Part shown: in pieces, positions 27,360 through 37,537 of the stretch
Position numbering within the stretch: the stretch's first letter is position 1
Layout of the letters: each line of letters begins with the position of its first letter
Assembly: GCA_002293685.1 (NCBI GenBank)
Contig: DBDS01000007.1
Location: 108,410 to 159,105, forward strand
Direction of reading: 5' to 3'
DNA: 50,696 bases
DNA from: Patescibacteria group bacterium UBA926
GTDB taxonomy: Bacteria > Patescibacteriota > Doudnabacteria > UBA920
Position numbers and translations under genes: made by a program
The notes under the pieces: generated by a model
What the model saw: only the letters and a program-made list of their open reading frames with translations
Told to the model about the DNA's origin: nothing
The model's database searches: none

Positions 27360-27725
27360 ATGTCAGAAAAACCATATTCAAGTTATATCAAGGATCATAA
27401 GAGTATGATTCTGCGCGACTATTTGGCCATTGACCGCACTGCTCTCACAAACGAGACAGCGTTCATGGCTTATGTTCGTACTTCATTGGCGCTGATTGCT
27501 GCCGGTGTTTCTTTGGTTAAATTCTTTAATGAGCCGATGATGCACATTTTAGGATGGGCATTTGTGGGCGTAGGAAGCTGGTTGGCACTATATGGCTACA
27601 GCAGGTATCGTAAAGTAGATAACTTGATGCATCAAATCAAAGGTGACTTTGTTGCGGAGCATCTAAAGTCAAATAAAAAGAAAAGCTCCGTTAGTAGTTG
27701 GATGGTGCAATTATTTAAGAGATAG
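27360..27725 (+). CDS. DUF202 domain membrane protein
   Basis: RDYLAIDRTALTNETAFMAYVRTSLALI plus 2 TM segments. Confidence 0.85.
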   Translation: MSEKPYSSYIKDHKSMILRDYLAIDRTALTNETAFMAYVRTSLALIAAGVSLVKFFNEPMMHILGWAFVGVGSWLALYGYSRYRKVDNLMHQIKGDFVAEHLKSNKKKSSVSSWMVQLFKR

Positions 27726-27789
27726 AGAAAATTTTGAAGCTCCGTTAAGCGGAGTTTTTTGTTTGTTTAATAATTGATATACTTTAATC

Positions 27790-29004
27790 ATGAATAAAAT
27801 AGAACCCCGAACTTTAAAGGGCTTCCGTGATTACGGTGCAGTCGAGCAAGGCGCAAGGCAGTCCATGTTTTTGAAAATACAAACTGTGTTTGAACAGTTT
27901 GGTTTTTCACCGTTATCAACTCCCACTTTAGAGTACAAAGAAATTTTGATGGGGAAGTACGGTGATGACGAAAAATTGGTCTACAGTTTTCAAGATAACG
28001 GCGGCCGAGATGTTGCGATGCGTTACGACTTAACTGTTCCGTTGGCTCGTTATGTTGCCGAGAATCAAGGGAGTTTGTTGTTGCCTTTTAAGCGTTATCA
28101 GATTGCGCCGGTGTGGCGCGCCGATAATCCTCAGAAAGGGCGCTTGCGCGAATTTTATCAGTGCGATGTAGATGCAGTTGGTACCGATTCAATTTTAGCC
28201 GACGCTGAAGTAATTGCCTGTGTTGCCAAAGCACTCGAAGCATTAGGTTTAAGTAATTACAAAATTCGTATCAACGACCGAGAAATCTTTTCACAGTTCT
28301 CTCAAGACACCGTGCGCATGATTGATAAGGTAGAAAAAATCGGCGTCGAAGCAATGACTAAAGAAATGCGCGAACGCGGTGTGAGTGATTCCGAAATTGA
28401 ACAAGCAACGAATTTAGTTTCAGGAAATACGAAAGCTTTACCAGAACGATTGTCTTCCGTAATTGATGCTCTCAAAAAATTTGGATTGAAAGGTGAGATA
28501 GATTTTGACCCAACCATCGCGCGCGGCTTGGATTATTATTCGGGCACAGTGTTCGAAATCGTTTTACCTGAAAAACCTGAATATGGCAGTATTGCTGGCG
28601 GCGGTCGTTATGACGGGTTAGTCGATCAATTTTCCGAACAAAGCTATCCAGCTGTCGGGGCGAGCGTCGGTATAGATCGCTTATATGGCGCCTTAGATGA
28701 GCTTGGACTTCTTCCAAAGGCTACTGGCGCAGAAGTTATCGTCTTGAACTTAGAAGCCGAGCTTGGGAGTGATTACTTAGAATTGGCTAGTAGTTTGCGA
28801 GCAGAAGGAATAAACACCGAATTATTTTACGAACCGGCCAAACTCGAGAAACAGTTTAAATACGCGGAGCGAAAAAACATTACTTGGGCAGTTGTGATGG
28901 GAAGTGAAGAACTGAAGAGCGGAAAACTGAAACTTAAAAATCTTTCTACAAGAGAACAAACTGAAGTTTCAAAATCTGAACTTATCACTAAACTTCAATC
29001 TTAA
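27790..29004 (+). CDS. hisS: Histidine--tRNA ligase
   Basis: MRYDLTVP, WRADNPQKGRLREFYQCD, RGLDYY, GGGRYDGL and GIDR motifs. Confidence 0.97.
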   Translation: MNKIEPRTLKGFRDYGAVEQGARQSMFLKIQTVFEQFGFSPLSTPTLEYKEILMGKYGDDEKLVYSFQDNGGRDVAMRYDLTVPLARYVAENQGSLLLPFKRYQIAPVWRADNPQKGRLREFYQCDVDAVGTDSILADAEVIACVAKALEALGLSNYKIRINDREIFSQFSQDTVRMIDKVEKIGVEAMTKEMRERGVSDSEIEQATNLVSGNTKALPERLSSVIDALKKFGLKGEIDFDPTIARGLDYYSGTVFEIVLPEKPEYGSIAGGGRYDGLVDQFSEQSYPAVGASVGIDRLYGALDELGLLPKATGAEVIVLNLEAELGSDYLELASSLRAEGINTELFYEPAKLEKQFKYAERKNITWAVVMGSEELKSGKLKLKNLSTREQTEVSKSELITKLQS

Positions 29005-29044
29005 GAAAAACTTAATCCAGTCTTGAAGTAGTCATAGGCATAAT
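29005..29044 (+). promoter_or_regulatory. Conserved promoter/regulatory box upstream of comEC
   Basis: GAAAAACTTAATCCAGTCTTGAA identical to 43956-43978, then GGCATAAT. Confidence 0.7.
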
Positions 29045-29050
29045 AATGCC

Positions 29051-30499
29051 ATGGCTGCTTTTTTAATTTCACCAATTTGTTGGGGCGTGATTGCGGGTTT
29101 AGTATTCGCGCGTTTTGCTGTGTTTGATTTCAGAGTTGTTGTGGGTGCTTTCGTGATCGGTCTAGTTGGGTTGGGCATCGCGCTGCTTTCAAATAAAAAA
29201 AATTTGCTAGTTGTCACTGCATTTGTTTGCGGGGTAAGCATCGGAATAATGAATTGGTCTAACGCTCAAGAAGTAAATCAGTATGAGTCGCTTTACGGAC
29301 AATCTATCAATATAGAGGGAGAGATAGTGTCGCGGCCAAGTATTACGGCCAGTGGTAATCAAGCATTAATCGTTAGACCCGATGGGTTCACTCAAGACAT
29401 TAGGGTGAGTCTGTTTCATCACACTGTTGCGAAAGGCGGGGAGAGGGTTTGGATACGAGGACTCATTGAACAGCCTGAAAACTTCAGCAACTTTAACTAC
29501 ATTGCATTCTTGAGAAAAAATAATGTTTACGCTGAGTTATCCAAAGCAAAGGTGATTATTTTTGAACCGGCTCCTGAAGGAGTTTCAAATTGGCTAGGGG
29601 ATTTACGGCAAAATGTAACCAGAGTTTCCGAGCGAAATTTCAATACCGAAACCAGTGCGATTGTGCTTGGTATGTTGATTGGGCACAAAGAGCAACTTCC
29701 AGAAGAAGTAGAAATAGCGTTCCAAAAATCCGGACTCATTCATATTTTAGTTGTGTCCGGATTTAATCTCACTATTATTGCAATTGGTGTTGGTGTTTTT
29801 GCAAGATGGTTTGGGCGGAGATTGGTCGATAGTAGTTCGTTAATACTCATTTGGTCGTTTTGCATTTTAGTTGGTGCTACTGCCGCGGTCACTAGAGCAG
29901 GGGTGATGGCTAGTATTTTGATTGTTGCGAGATTATCTGGAAGACTTGCTTCATCCTCAACTAGCTTATTACTCGCAGTTGTAATCATGAGCTTGTTAAA
30001 TCCGTGGCAATTATTTTATGACATTGGCTTTCAACTTTCTGTTGCGGCGACATTTGGTGTGTTAGAAGCTTCTCGTATTAGAACTAGATTCAATAAAGAA
30101 GGTGTGCTTTCCGAAATTATTTGGCCAAGTATGGGAGCAATCATTTGCACTGCACCGCTCATCGCATATTATTTTGGAACCGTGAGTTTAGTTGCACCAT
30201 TAGCAAATTTATTAGTTCTACCGTTAATTCCATACTTAATGTTATTCGGCGCGCTTGGATTGATTCCGTATCTGAAAATCTTTTTTGTTCCCGTCACAGA
30301 ACTGTTAGTTGCATGGCAGTTACAAATAATTTCAACTTTAGCTGATTGGCGGTACAGTCAATTGCAAACCAGCATAGATACAACTTTCATTATTTGTTAT
30401 TATTCCATTTTAATTTTACTAGTTTGGGCTATAAATTACGGAAAACCACAGTTGAAAGAATCGCAAAGCCGTGATAAGATAACACAAATAACTATTTAA
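29051..30499 (+). CDS. comEC: ComEC/Rec2 competence membrane protein (no beta-lactamase domain seen)
   Basis: GLIHILVVSGFN, RAGVM, DIGFQLS and APLANL motifs; OB-fold region. Confidence 0.93.
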   Translation: MAAFLISPICWGVIAGLVFARFAVFDFRVVVGAFVIGLVGLGIALLSNKKNLLVVTAFVCGVSIGIMNWSNAQEVNQYESLYGQSINIEGEIVSRPSITASGNQALIVRPDGFTQDIRVSLFHHTVAKGGERVWIRGLIEQPENFSNFNYIAFLRKNNVYAELSKAKVIIFEPAPEGVSNWLGDLRQNVTRVSERNFNTETSAIVLGMLIGHKEQLPEEVEIAFQKSGLIHILVVSGFNLTIIAIGVGVFARWFGRRLVDSSSLILIWSFCILVGATAAVTRAGVMASILIVARLSGRLASSSTSLLLAVVIMSLLNPWQLFYDIGFQLSVAATFGVLEASRIRTRFNKEGVLSEIIWPSMGAIICTAPLIAYYFGTVSLVAPLANLLVLPLIPYLMLFGALGLIPYLKIFFVPVTELLVAWQLQIISTLADWRYSQLQTSIDTTFIICYYSILILLVWAINYGKPQLKESQSRDKITQITI

Positions 30500-30501
30500 T
30501 T

Positions 30502-31167
30502 ATGAACAAAAACACCACACTTGTTATCGTCGCTATAATTATTATTGTCGCAATTGGGGGATTTCTTCTGATGCGAAACAAATCTAACTCTAATCAAACT
30601 ATGAATAATTCAGACACACAAACCGAAGCGCAAACAACAACTCAAACTGAAGAATCTACTACAGCACCAGTAACTGGTGAAATGGTAATCATGGATGTGA
30701 AAGATTTTGGGCAAATCAAAATTGCATTAAATTCTGAAGCTGCGCCAAAAACTGTTGAAAACTTTTTGAAACTTGTTAACGATAAGTTCTATGATGGTTT
30801 AACTTTCCACAGAATCGCAGCTGGTTTTGTGATTCAAGGTGGTGACCCTAAAGGTGATGGAACAGGTGGTCCTGGTTACACTATCCCTGCTGAAATTAAA
30901 CTTCCGCATACCAAAGGTTCAATCGCGATGGCACGCTTGGGTGATCAGGTAAATCCAGGAAAGGAATCTTCAGGCAGCCAATTCTATATTGCGCTAGAAG
31001 CGCTTCCAATGCTCGATAATCAGTATACTGTCTTCGGTGAAGTAGTTGAGGGTATGGATGTTGTAGCAAAAATTGGTGCCGTTCCAATTAACGCCGGTCC
31101 GTTTGGTGGCAGTGATGGTCCGCCACAGACACCAGTAGTAATTTCATCAATAACAATAGTCAAATAA
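30502..31167 (+). CDS. Membrane-anchored cyclophilin-type peptidyl-prolyl isomerase
   Basis: APKTVENF, FYDGLTFHR, IQGGDP, GSQFYI and YTVFGEV motifs. Confidence 0.95.
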   Translation: MNKNTTLVIVAIIIIVAIGGFLLMRNKSNSNQTMNNSDTQTEAQTTTQTEESTTAPVTGEMVIMDVKDFGQIKIALNSEAAPKTVENFLKLVNDKFYDGLTFHRIAAGFVIQGGDPKGDGTGGPGYTIPAEIKLPHTKGSIAMARLGDQVNPGKESSGSQFYIALEALPMLDNQYTVFGEVVEGMDVVAKIGAVPINAGPFGGSDGPPQTPVVISSITIVK

Positions 31168-31170
31168 TTT

Positions 31171-31686
31171 ATGTCACACGAAGAAGAAACAATTGAACGA
31201 ACCTTAGTACTCCTTAAACCCGATGCTTTAGATCGTGGGTTGGTGGGGGAGATCACTCAGCGATTCGAAAAAGTAGGACTGAAAATTGTTGGCATGAAGA
31301 TGCTCATTCCTTCTCATGACCACGCCCAAAAGCATTACACTGAAGATTTAGCGATTCGCCGTGGTGAACACGTTCGAAACCTGATGGTAGACATGCTAAT
31401 CTCTGGACCAATTGTGGCCTTGGTTTTAGAAGGGATCGAAGCAGTTGAATTAGTGCGCAAGATGATTGGTGGTACAGAACCTAAATCTGCTGCTCCAGGT
31501 ACAATCCGCGGTGATTACTCCCACGTTTCGTTCAAACATACTGACAAGCATAATTCTAAGCTTTATAACTTAATCCACGGTTCATCAAGCGTGGAAGAGG
31601 CTGCTCAGGAAATTGCAGTTTGGTTTGATGAAACTGAGCTTGTAGACCACCAACCAACTTACACAAAGAACACATTGAATAAATAA
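31171..31686 (+). CDS. ndk: Nucleoside diphosphate kinase
   Basis: ERTLVLLKPDA, PGTIRGD and NLIHGS motifs. Confidence 0.95.
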   Translation: MSHEEETIERTLVLLKPDALDRGLVGEITQRFEKVGLKIVGMKMLIPSHDHAQKHYTEDLAIRRGEHVRNLMVDMLISGPIVALVLEGIEAVELVRKMIGGTEPKSAAPGTIRGDYSHVSFKHTDKHNSKLYNLIHGSSSVEEAAQEIAVWFDETELVDHQPTYTKNTLNK

Positions 31687-31740
31687 AAAAATAACTCCAA
31701 TAGGAGTCATTTTTTTATCTAAGTAGACTGGAACCATCTA

Positions 31741-31977
31741 TGTATCCCCGGAAGCCTACAAGGCTGTCTGGGATCTATATATTACACAGACCCCGGCTCT
31801 TCGGCCGGGGATGCTGAGGAAAATAATATTGATTCGATTAATGGATCCCGGATATTTGCTGCGCAAATTCGGGATGACATGAGCAAGCTCATGGTATCAA
31901 TAAGTATCCCCGGCGAAAGCCGGGGTCTAGTCTAGGACCCACGCCTTCGCGGAGATGACATGAGTAAACTCATGTCA
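31741..31977. repeat. Cluster of REP/RPE-like palindromes (GTATCCCCGG / GATGACA family)
   Basis: GTATCCCCGG units, GATCCCGG hairpins and duplicated GATGACATGAG...CTCATG. Confidence 0.8.
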
Positions 31978-33486
31978 TTTTTTACGGAAGAAAGTTGGAA
32001 GGGAAGAGGAAATATCTTGAAGTTTCAATTCCCTCACACGTTGGAAAATTCCTTTATCGTTTTCTTGCAAGTATTTTCTAATTAACGAACGAGCGTGACT
32101 GGTTTTAGCTGCTAGAAGCCAATCACGAGATGGTGTGGCAGCTTTTTTGGATTTCAGAATTTCGACAACATCGCCTTGTTTAAGCTCGTCTGTAATTTTG
32201 GCAATTTTACCGCCAATTTTTGCGCCCATCATTTGGTAACCTAAATCGGAATGCACTGCAAAAGCAAAGTCGATAACTGAAGCACCGACAGGCAAATCTT
32301 TTACATCGCCTTTAGGGGTGAGTACAAAAATTCTGTCTTTGAAAAAATCTACTTTTAGACCTTCTAAGAATTCTTCTGGATGGGCTGCCATTTCTTCTTG
32401 CCACGCACGAAGTTCAGCAAACCAAGTTTGCCCTTTTTCTAGTTGCTTAGGTTTACCTTTTTCTTCGTAGAACCAGTGAGCGGCAATACCGCGTTCAGCG
32501 GTTTCATGCATTAAATCGGTGCGAATCTGAACTTCAAAAACCTCACCTGATTTATCAAAAACGGTCGTGTGGATGCTTTGATAACCATTTGGTTTTGGTG
32601 TCGCAATGAAATCTTTCACCCGCCCAGGTACAGGATTAAAGTGTTTGTGAATAATACCAAGTACTGCATAACAATCACCAGTAGAGCGGGTGATTATTCT
32701 TAGAGCGTGCAAGTCATAAATTTTTGTAATGTCGTTTTCGTACCTAAGTAACTTTTTACTTAAAGAGTAAATGCGTTTAGTGCGGCCTGTGATTTCTTCA
32801 AACTTAATCCCTTCTAATTTAAGAATTTGAGATAACTCTTTCTGCATCTCTTTAATATTCTTATCGCGCTTAGCTAACTCAGTCTGTAAGGCTTCTTTGG
32901 TTTCGTTATATTCTTTAGGTGAAACAATTTGAAAAGATAAATCTTCTAATTCATCTTTCCAACTACCGATACCGAGACGACCAGCAATTGGTGCGTACAT
33001 TTCCAAAGTTTCGGAAGCAATTTTTTGTTGCTTTTCATCCGAAAGGGCATGAAGAGTTCTCATGTTGTGAAGTCGATCGGCTAGCTTGATTAGCATAACG
33101 CGAACATCTTGTGATGTTGCAATGAACATCTTACGCAGGTTTTCTACATAGTACTCATCTTTGCTGTTTCGTAAGCGAACGTGACCAAGTTTTGTAACGC
33201 CATCAACTAGTTTGGCGATTTCTTCGCCGAACTCTTTTTCTAAATTTTCATGAGAGGTTTCTGTGTCTTCGGTAATGTCATGCAAAATTGTCGCGCAAAT
33301 TGTTGCTGTATCAGGAAAAATCTGACCCAAAATTGTAGCAGCCGAAATCGGATGTTGTACAAAGTCTTCACCACTTTTTCGCTTTTGCCCCGTGTGAGCT
33401 TTGGTCGCGAATTCAATAGCTTTTTCTATAAGCGCTTTGTCTTTAGCGGGAAATTTATGCGGAATTGATTTGAATAAGTCTTGCAT
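31975..33486 (-). CDS. RelA/SpoT family protein (HD + synthetase + TGS; no C-terminal ACT domain seen)
   Basis: HTGQKRKSG, LHDITED, KLADRLHNMRT, PKPNGYQSIHT, EVQIRT and DFAFAVHS motifs; start ATG 33486. Confidence 0.95.
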   Translation of the reverse strand: MQDLFKSIPHKFPAKDKALIEKAIEFATKAHTGQKRKSGEDFVQHPISAATILGQIFPDTATICATILHDITEDTETSHENLEKEFGEEIAKLVDGVTKLGHVRLRNSKDEYYVENLRKMFIATSQDVRVMLIKLADRLHNMRTLHALSDEKQQKIASETLEMYAPIAGRLGIGSWKDELEDLSFQIVSPKEYNETKEALQTELAKRDKNIKEMQKELSQILKLEGIKFEEITGRTKRIYSLSKKLLRYENDITKIYDLHALRIITRSTGDCYAVLGIIHKHFNPVPGRVKDFIATPKPNGYQSIHTTVFDKSGEVFEVQIRTDLMHETAERGIAAHWFYEEKGKPKQLEKGQTWFAELRAWQEEMAAHPEEFLEGLKVDFFKDRIFVLTPKGDVKDLPVGASVIDFAFAVHSDLGYQMMGAKIGGKIAKITDELKQGDVVEILKSKKAATPSRDWLLAAKTSHARSLIRKYLQENDKGIFQRVRELKLQDISSSLPTFFRKK

Positions 33487-33544
33487 AAGGTTAGTATAGC
33501 AAGGTTGCCTTGCTTCATAAATACAACTTATATATGCTAAAAGC

Positions 33545-34471
33545 ATGCCAGAATTACCAGAAGTTCAAACCGTTGTAACGGAACTGAATAAAAAACTCAA
33601 AGGCCGAAAGATTAAGCGCGTGGCTGTATTTGCGGCTAAGCTTGTTAGTCTTGGTCCAAACACGGTGAGCAATATTCGCGACGTTACTCAGAAAACTGTA
33701 GATCAGTTTTGCAAATTACTAACAGGAAGAAAAATTGTTTCAGTGAGTCGCCGTGGAAAGATGTTAATTTTTAATGTCGATGGGCCGCTAACTATGTTGG
33801 CGCATCTTAAAATGACCGGCCAATTTATTTTTGAAGACAAAATTCTAGCGAAAAAAACTGGTAGTCAGTATAGGTTGCTAAATAAACCGACCGCGCCTTT
33901 GGTGAAGCTTCCAAGTAAACACACTCACGTCGTTTTTTATTTCACCGACGGCTCAACTTTGTATTTTAATGACATCCGCAAGTTTGGGTATCTTCGCGTT
34001 GTTCTAGATAAAGAGATGGGTGATGTGAAAGAGTTTCGTGAATATGGCCCAGAGCCACTCGAAAAAAGTTTTACATTTGAAGTATTTGCAGAAGCATTAA
34101 AAAAGCGTAAAGCCATTCCGATTAAACTCGCGCTCATGGATACTAAAGTTGTAGTTGGAATCGGTAATATTTATTCTGACGAAATTTTGTATCATGCCCA
34201 CGTTCGTCCGGATAGGCGAGTGGATTCACTAAAGCCCAAAGAATTGAAAGCTGTCTTTGGTCAGATTAAGCCTGTACTTCAAACTGGAATCAAATATAAA
34301 GGTTCTAGTGTGGGAGATTTTGTCCGAACAGACGGAAAATGGGGCAGCATGGGTAAGCACCATTTTGTGTACGGTCGCAAAAAGCAGGCCTGTTTGGGTT
34401 GTGGTACAATGATTGTAAGTATGAAATTAGGCGGCAGAACCTCGTCTTTTTGCCCTCGAGAGCAAGTTTAA
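33545..34471 (+). CDS. mutM: Formamidopyrimidine-DNA glycosylase
   Basis: MPELPEV, HLKMTG, DIRKFG and GIGNIYSDE motifs; C-terminal zinc-finger region. Confidence 0.96.
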   Translation: MPELPEVQTVVTELNKKLKGRKIKRVAVFAAKLVSLGPNTVSNIRDVTQKTVDQFCKLLTGRKIVSVSRRGKMLIFNVDGPLTMLAHLKMTGQFIFEDKILAKKTGSQYRLLNKPTAPLVKLPSKHTHVVFYFTDGSTLYFNDIRKFGYLRVVLDKEMGDVKEFREYGPEPLEKSFTFEVFAEALKKRKAIPIKLALMDTKVVVGIGNIYSDEILYHAHVRPDRRVDSLKPKELKAVFGQIKPVLQTGIKYKGSSVGDFVRTDGKWGSMGKHHFVYGRKKQACLGCGTMIVSMKLGGRTSSFCPREQV

Positions 34472-34476
34472 AATCC

Positions 34477-34689
34477 ATGGAAAACAATACACACAAAATA
34501 GAAACCCCTCAATCTCAAGAGCAAATGCTCGCTGAGATTTTAGATAACTCACGCAAGAGCAAGAACTACATGAAGTGGCAGCTCATCATCACCATCGGTT
34601 TAGTCGTCATACCTTTGCTTGCTGGCGTCATCATTATACCAATCGTGATTAGTTCACTCACAACAGCTTATTCAGGAATTTTGCAGTAA
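34477..34689 (+). CDS. Small membrane protein
   Basis: 70-aa ORF immediately after mutM with a long hydrophobic segment. Confidence 0.7.
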   Translation: MENNTHKIETPQSQEQMLAEILDNSRKSKNYMKWQLIITIGLVVIPLLAGVIIIPIVISSLTTAYSGILQ

Positions 34690-34695
34690 ATCCAA

Positions 34696-34837
34696 GTCAT
34701 CCCGGAAGCCACGTAGGCACGAAGTGCCGAAGGGCTATCCGGGACCTCAATAATTAATTAATGGATCCCCCTGCCAAATCTTTGTGAGATTTAGCAGGGC
34801 AGGCCAGTCTCGCCCTTCAGGCTCGCCAGGGAAGACA
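34696..34837. repeat. Nested REP/RPE-like palindrome
   Basis: GTCATCCCGG...CCAGGGAAGAC ends enclosing CCCTGCCAAATCT...AGATTTAGCAGGG. Confidence 0.75.
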
Positions 34838-34848
34838 ATTTGGACGAC

Positions 34849-35193
34849 ATGAACAACGAACGTTGGCAACAATTTATAGATTTAGCGAAAGAGCAATTTC
34901 AAAATGTAGAAATATCTACTGAGGATTTGTTAGTCCAAACTATGGACGGGCCAGAGCAACGCGGAACCTTGGATATTTTAACTTTCGATAGGAACGGCGA
35001 GAGCTTTAAAATGGAAAGAGAGAACAAGCCAATCGTGTTAGAACGAAAAGAACACTTCGCAAAACGTCCAACCGACACAGCGCGAACTGAGTACGTTTTT
35101 TCTGATACAGAATTTTCTCACAAATTAAGAGTCTATAAAGAAACAGATTCAGGGGATTGGGATGAAATCAGCACGGATAGTCTAGGACTTTAG
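34849..35193 (+). CDS. Hypothetical protein
   Basis: Acidic 114-aa ORF. Confidence 0.75.
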   Translation: MNNERWQQFIDLAKEQFQNVEISTEDLLVQTMDGPEQRGTLDILTFDRNGESFKMERENKPIVLERKEHFAKRPTDTARTEYVFSDTEFSHKLRVYKETDSGDWDEISTDSLGL

Positions 35194-35217
35194 TCATTTA
35201 TTTTCTTCCATTTATAG

Positions 35218-35295
35218 GTGGGTGGCACGCTGCGGAGGCCCTCCAGCCACCCGCACGGAGGAGGATGGCTGGAGGTGCAGCGTGACAGGACCCGC
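35218..35295 (+). repeat. 78-bp bulged hairpin element, copy 2
   Basis: See 26860-26937; followed by an ACTCC...GGAGT hairpin as in copy 1. Confidence 0.9.
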
Positions 35296-35365
35296 CGATC
35301 TTTATCCACTCCGCCGCAGGCGGAGTAACACAGTCTATGGTAGGCAAATAGAATAGTAAACTTTT

Positions 35366-36280
35366 ATGTTATCAGAAAGAATAATACAAACTTTAACATT
35401 TTTTGATGCACAAGATTTACCGCTCACTGCTATGGAAATTGAGCGGTATTTAATAGCGGAAAAAACTCAGCTCAAGAACCGGCTTGATGAACAGTATGAA
35501 TTGAAAGAAGTAGATACTGCGCCATCGCCGGTTCATTTAGACACCATCATGGTTCAACTGGAAGCCTTACTTCAAGATCAAAAGATTTCCGAAGACAAAG
35601 GGTTTTACTGTAAGTGGGGTAGAGAATCGATTATTTCGCAGCGCCAAAATAATTATTTAAACGGTTTGCGCCGGGAGAAGTTAATCCGCCGATATATTTG
35701 GTTTACGAAATATTTGCCGTTTGTTCGCGGTATTGGCTTAGGCGGTTCTCAGCCTCTTGGTCAGCAAAAACCAACCAGCGACATTGATTTGCTAATTATC
35801 ACCGACCAGAAGTTTATGTGGTTAGCTAGAACTTTTTTGATGATTTATTTTCAAGCTTTTGGCGTGAGACGTTACGGCACCAAGATTGCCAACCGATTTT
35901 GCTTGAATCACTATTTAGCAACTCCGCGTGAAGTTGATGCGGAACGGAATTTATACAAAGCTATGGAGTATGGAAGACTGCGCCCGCTAATAAATCCAGA
36001 GGTGATTGCGCAGTTTCAGACAGCGAATGCGAAATGGATGAAAACTTTTTTTCCAAACATTACTTTTTCGGAACCTCAGGAATTGATTCAATCAGGATTA
36101 CAAAAAGCTTTAGAAGCTCTATTTAAAAATCGTTTAGGTTTTTGGTTAGAGCAAAAGTTGGGCCAATGGCAGAGTGGAAGAATTCGCCAGGACCAATTTG
36201 TGTTTGTAAGAAAAGATGAACTCAGCTTTCATCCAGAAAGCAAACACGAAAAATTACTTCACGGATTTTTTGGAAAATAA
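35366..36280 (+). CDS. Pol-beta-superfamily nucleotidyltransferase-domain protein
   Basis: GLGGS-x10-DIDLLIIT motif. Confidence 0.75.
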   Translation: MLSERIIQTLTFFDAQDLPLTAMEIERYLIAEKTQLKNRLDEQYELKEVDTAPSPVHLDTIMVQLEALLQDQKISEDKGFYCKWGRESIISQRQNNYLNGLRREKLIRRYIWFTKYLPFVRGIGLGGSQPLGQQKPTSDIDLLIITDQKFMWLARTFLMIYFQAFGVRRYGTKIANRFCLNHYLATPREVDAERNLYKAMEYGRLRPLINPEVIAQFQTANAKWMKTFFPNITFSEPQELIQSGLQKALEALFKNRLGFWLEQKLGQWQSGRIRQDQFVFVRKDELSFHPESKHEKLLHGFFGK

Positions 36281-36320
36281 AGAAACCCGCTCATTTGCGG
36301 GTCTTTATTTTTAGCACAAA

Positions 36321-37076
36321 CTAGTCAACTTTCTTAAATTCCACCAGTAAAAAGATAGGGAAGCGGTGGAGGCGATGTTGTAAATTGAATCTACTGCTGT
36401 CTTGTAAGCTTTCTAATTCCCGCATGTGCTCAAAACTAAAACCTGCTTCACGCAAGTGGTTTAAGTGTTCGGACAATCTATAAAAATAACATTCTAAGTT
36501 ATCGTAAAAAGTGAAGCCGCGGCTTTGTTGTGCAAACCAATGGTATGGACGAACTTTTAGTTCTGGATTTTTAAACAGCAGTCGGCCAATCAATCCGCGC
36601 TTCCAAATTCCCACAGGAAAAGCGTAGTACGGATTTACAAAAGTGAGCAAAAACTTTCCTTGTGGTTTTAATATTCGGCGCAGCTCTGTAAAAGTTTTCA
36701 CCTGATCTTCAACATCGTGCGCCGCCATGCTCATGATGATTGTGTCGAACTGATTGTCGGAGTAGGGAAGGGTGGTATTTAAATCACCGGCCGTAAATTT
36801 TAAGTCTGGGTAACGGCTTTTGGCATGTTCTAAAAATGGACCAGAAGCGTCGAGTCCTGTGATATTCGGAAACTCTTCTGCTAGTTTGGCTGTTAACCAA
36901 CCTGGGCCACACGCCACATCTAAAATAGTCTGCTCTTTATTTTCGGTGAGCCTACCGCGGAATGCTTCAAACAAAATGGTTTGAAAGAATGAACCATCTT
37001 CTGAGTCTAAGAATTTTAAGTAATTTTCAGCACCCTCAGGTGCGTTATACGAATCTTTCGATGTAGTGAATTTCAT
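36321..37076 (-). CDS. Class I SAM-dependent methyltransferase
   Basis: ILDVACGPG, GLDAS, FDTII and RILKPQG motifs. Confidence 0.92.
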   Translation of the reverse strand: MKFTTSKDSYNAPEGAENYLKFLDSEDGSFFQTILFEAFRGRLTENKEQTILDVACGPGWLTAKLAEEFPNITGLDASGPFLEHAKSRYPDLKFTAGDLNTTLPYSDNQFDTIIMSMAAHDVEDQVKTFTELRRILKPQGKFLLTFVNPYYAFPVGIWKRGLIGRLLFKNPELKVRPYHWFAQQSRGFTFYDNLECYFYRLSEHLNHLREAGFSFEHMRELESLQDSSRFNLQHRLHRFPIFLLVEFKKVD

Positions 37077-37104
37077 GAAATTATTATAGCAAAATTAAAA
37101 GCGT

Positions 37105-37389
37105 CTAATCTGACGCTTTATTTTTTCTTTGCTTATCCCGCCAGACCGAGGCGTTTGCCATATATCTGGTCCATCGTTGTTCTGAAATTATCACATATTC
37201 TCTTACAAACTCTTTACCTCCTCTTGATGTTAGTATTTGAAATCTGGAAAAATTTTTATTCTCACACTCTGCGAGAATTTCTTTCACCAGATTTCTTTCT
37301 TCTGAATTATGAGCCATTTCGCTTAGCTCGCTAATTGTAGTCATGCCTATCTGTGAATTGTCCCTATAAACGCGATTTGTTTTATCCAT
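37105..37389 (-). CDS. Hypothetical orphan protein
   Basis: AAGGAGGT SD before the ATG. Confidence 0.65.
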   Translation of the reverse strand: MDKTNRVYRDNSQIGMTTISELSEMAHNSEERNLVKEILAECENKNFSRFQILTSRGGKEFVREYVIISEQRWTRYMANASVWRDKQRKNKASD

Positions 37390-37429
37390 AGAACCTCCTT
37401 ATCGGTAATTATAGGTAACCAATTTAATC

Positions 37430-37469
37430 TTGACAATTTTAATTATCACTCATACAATAAGAGTGATAA
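37430..37469 (+). promoter_or_regulatory. groES promoter with a CIRCE-like operator
   Basis: TTGACA-17-TACAAT overlapped by TTATCACTC-N9-GAGTGATAA (37443-37469). Confidence 0.85.
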
Positions 37470-37537
37470 AGGATACGATCAAGCTTTCGGAAGAGGGCTT
37501 TTCTAATCCTCAAAATTTCAATATAATTAACAGGTTA

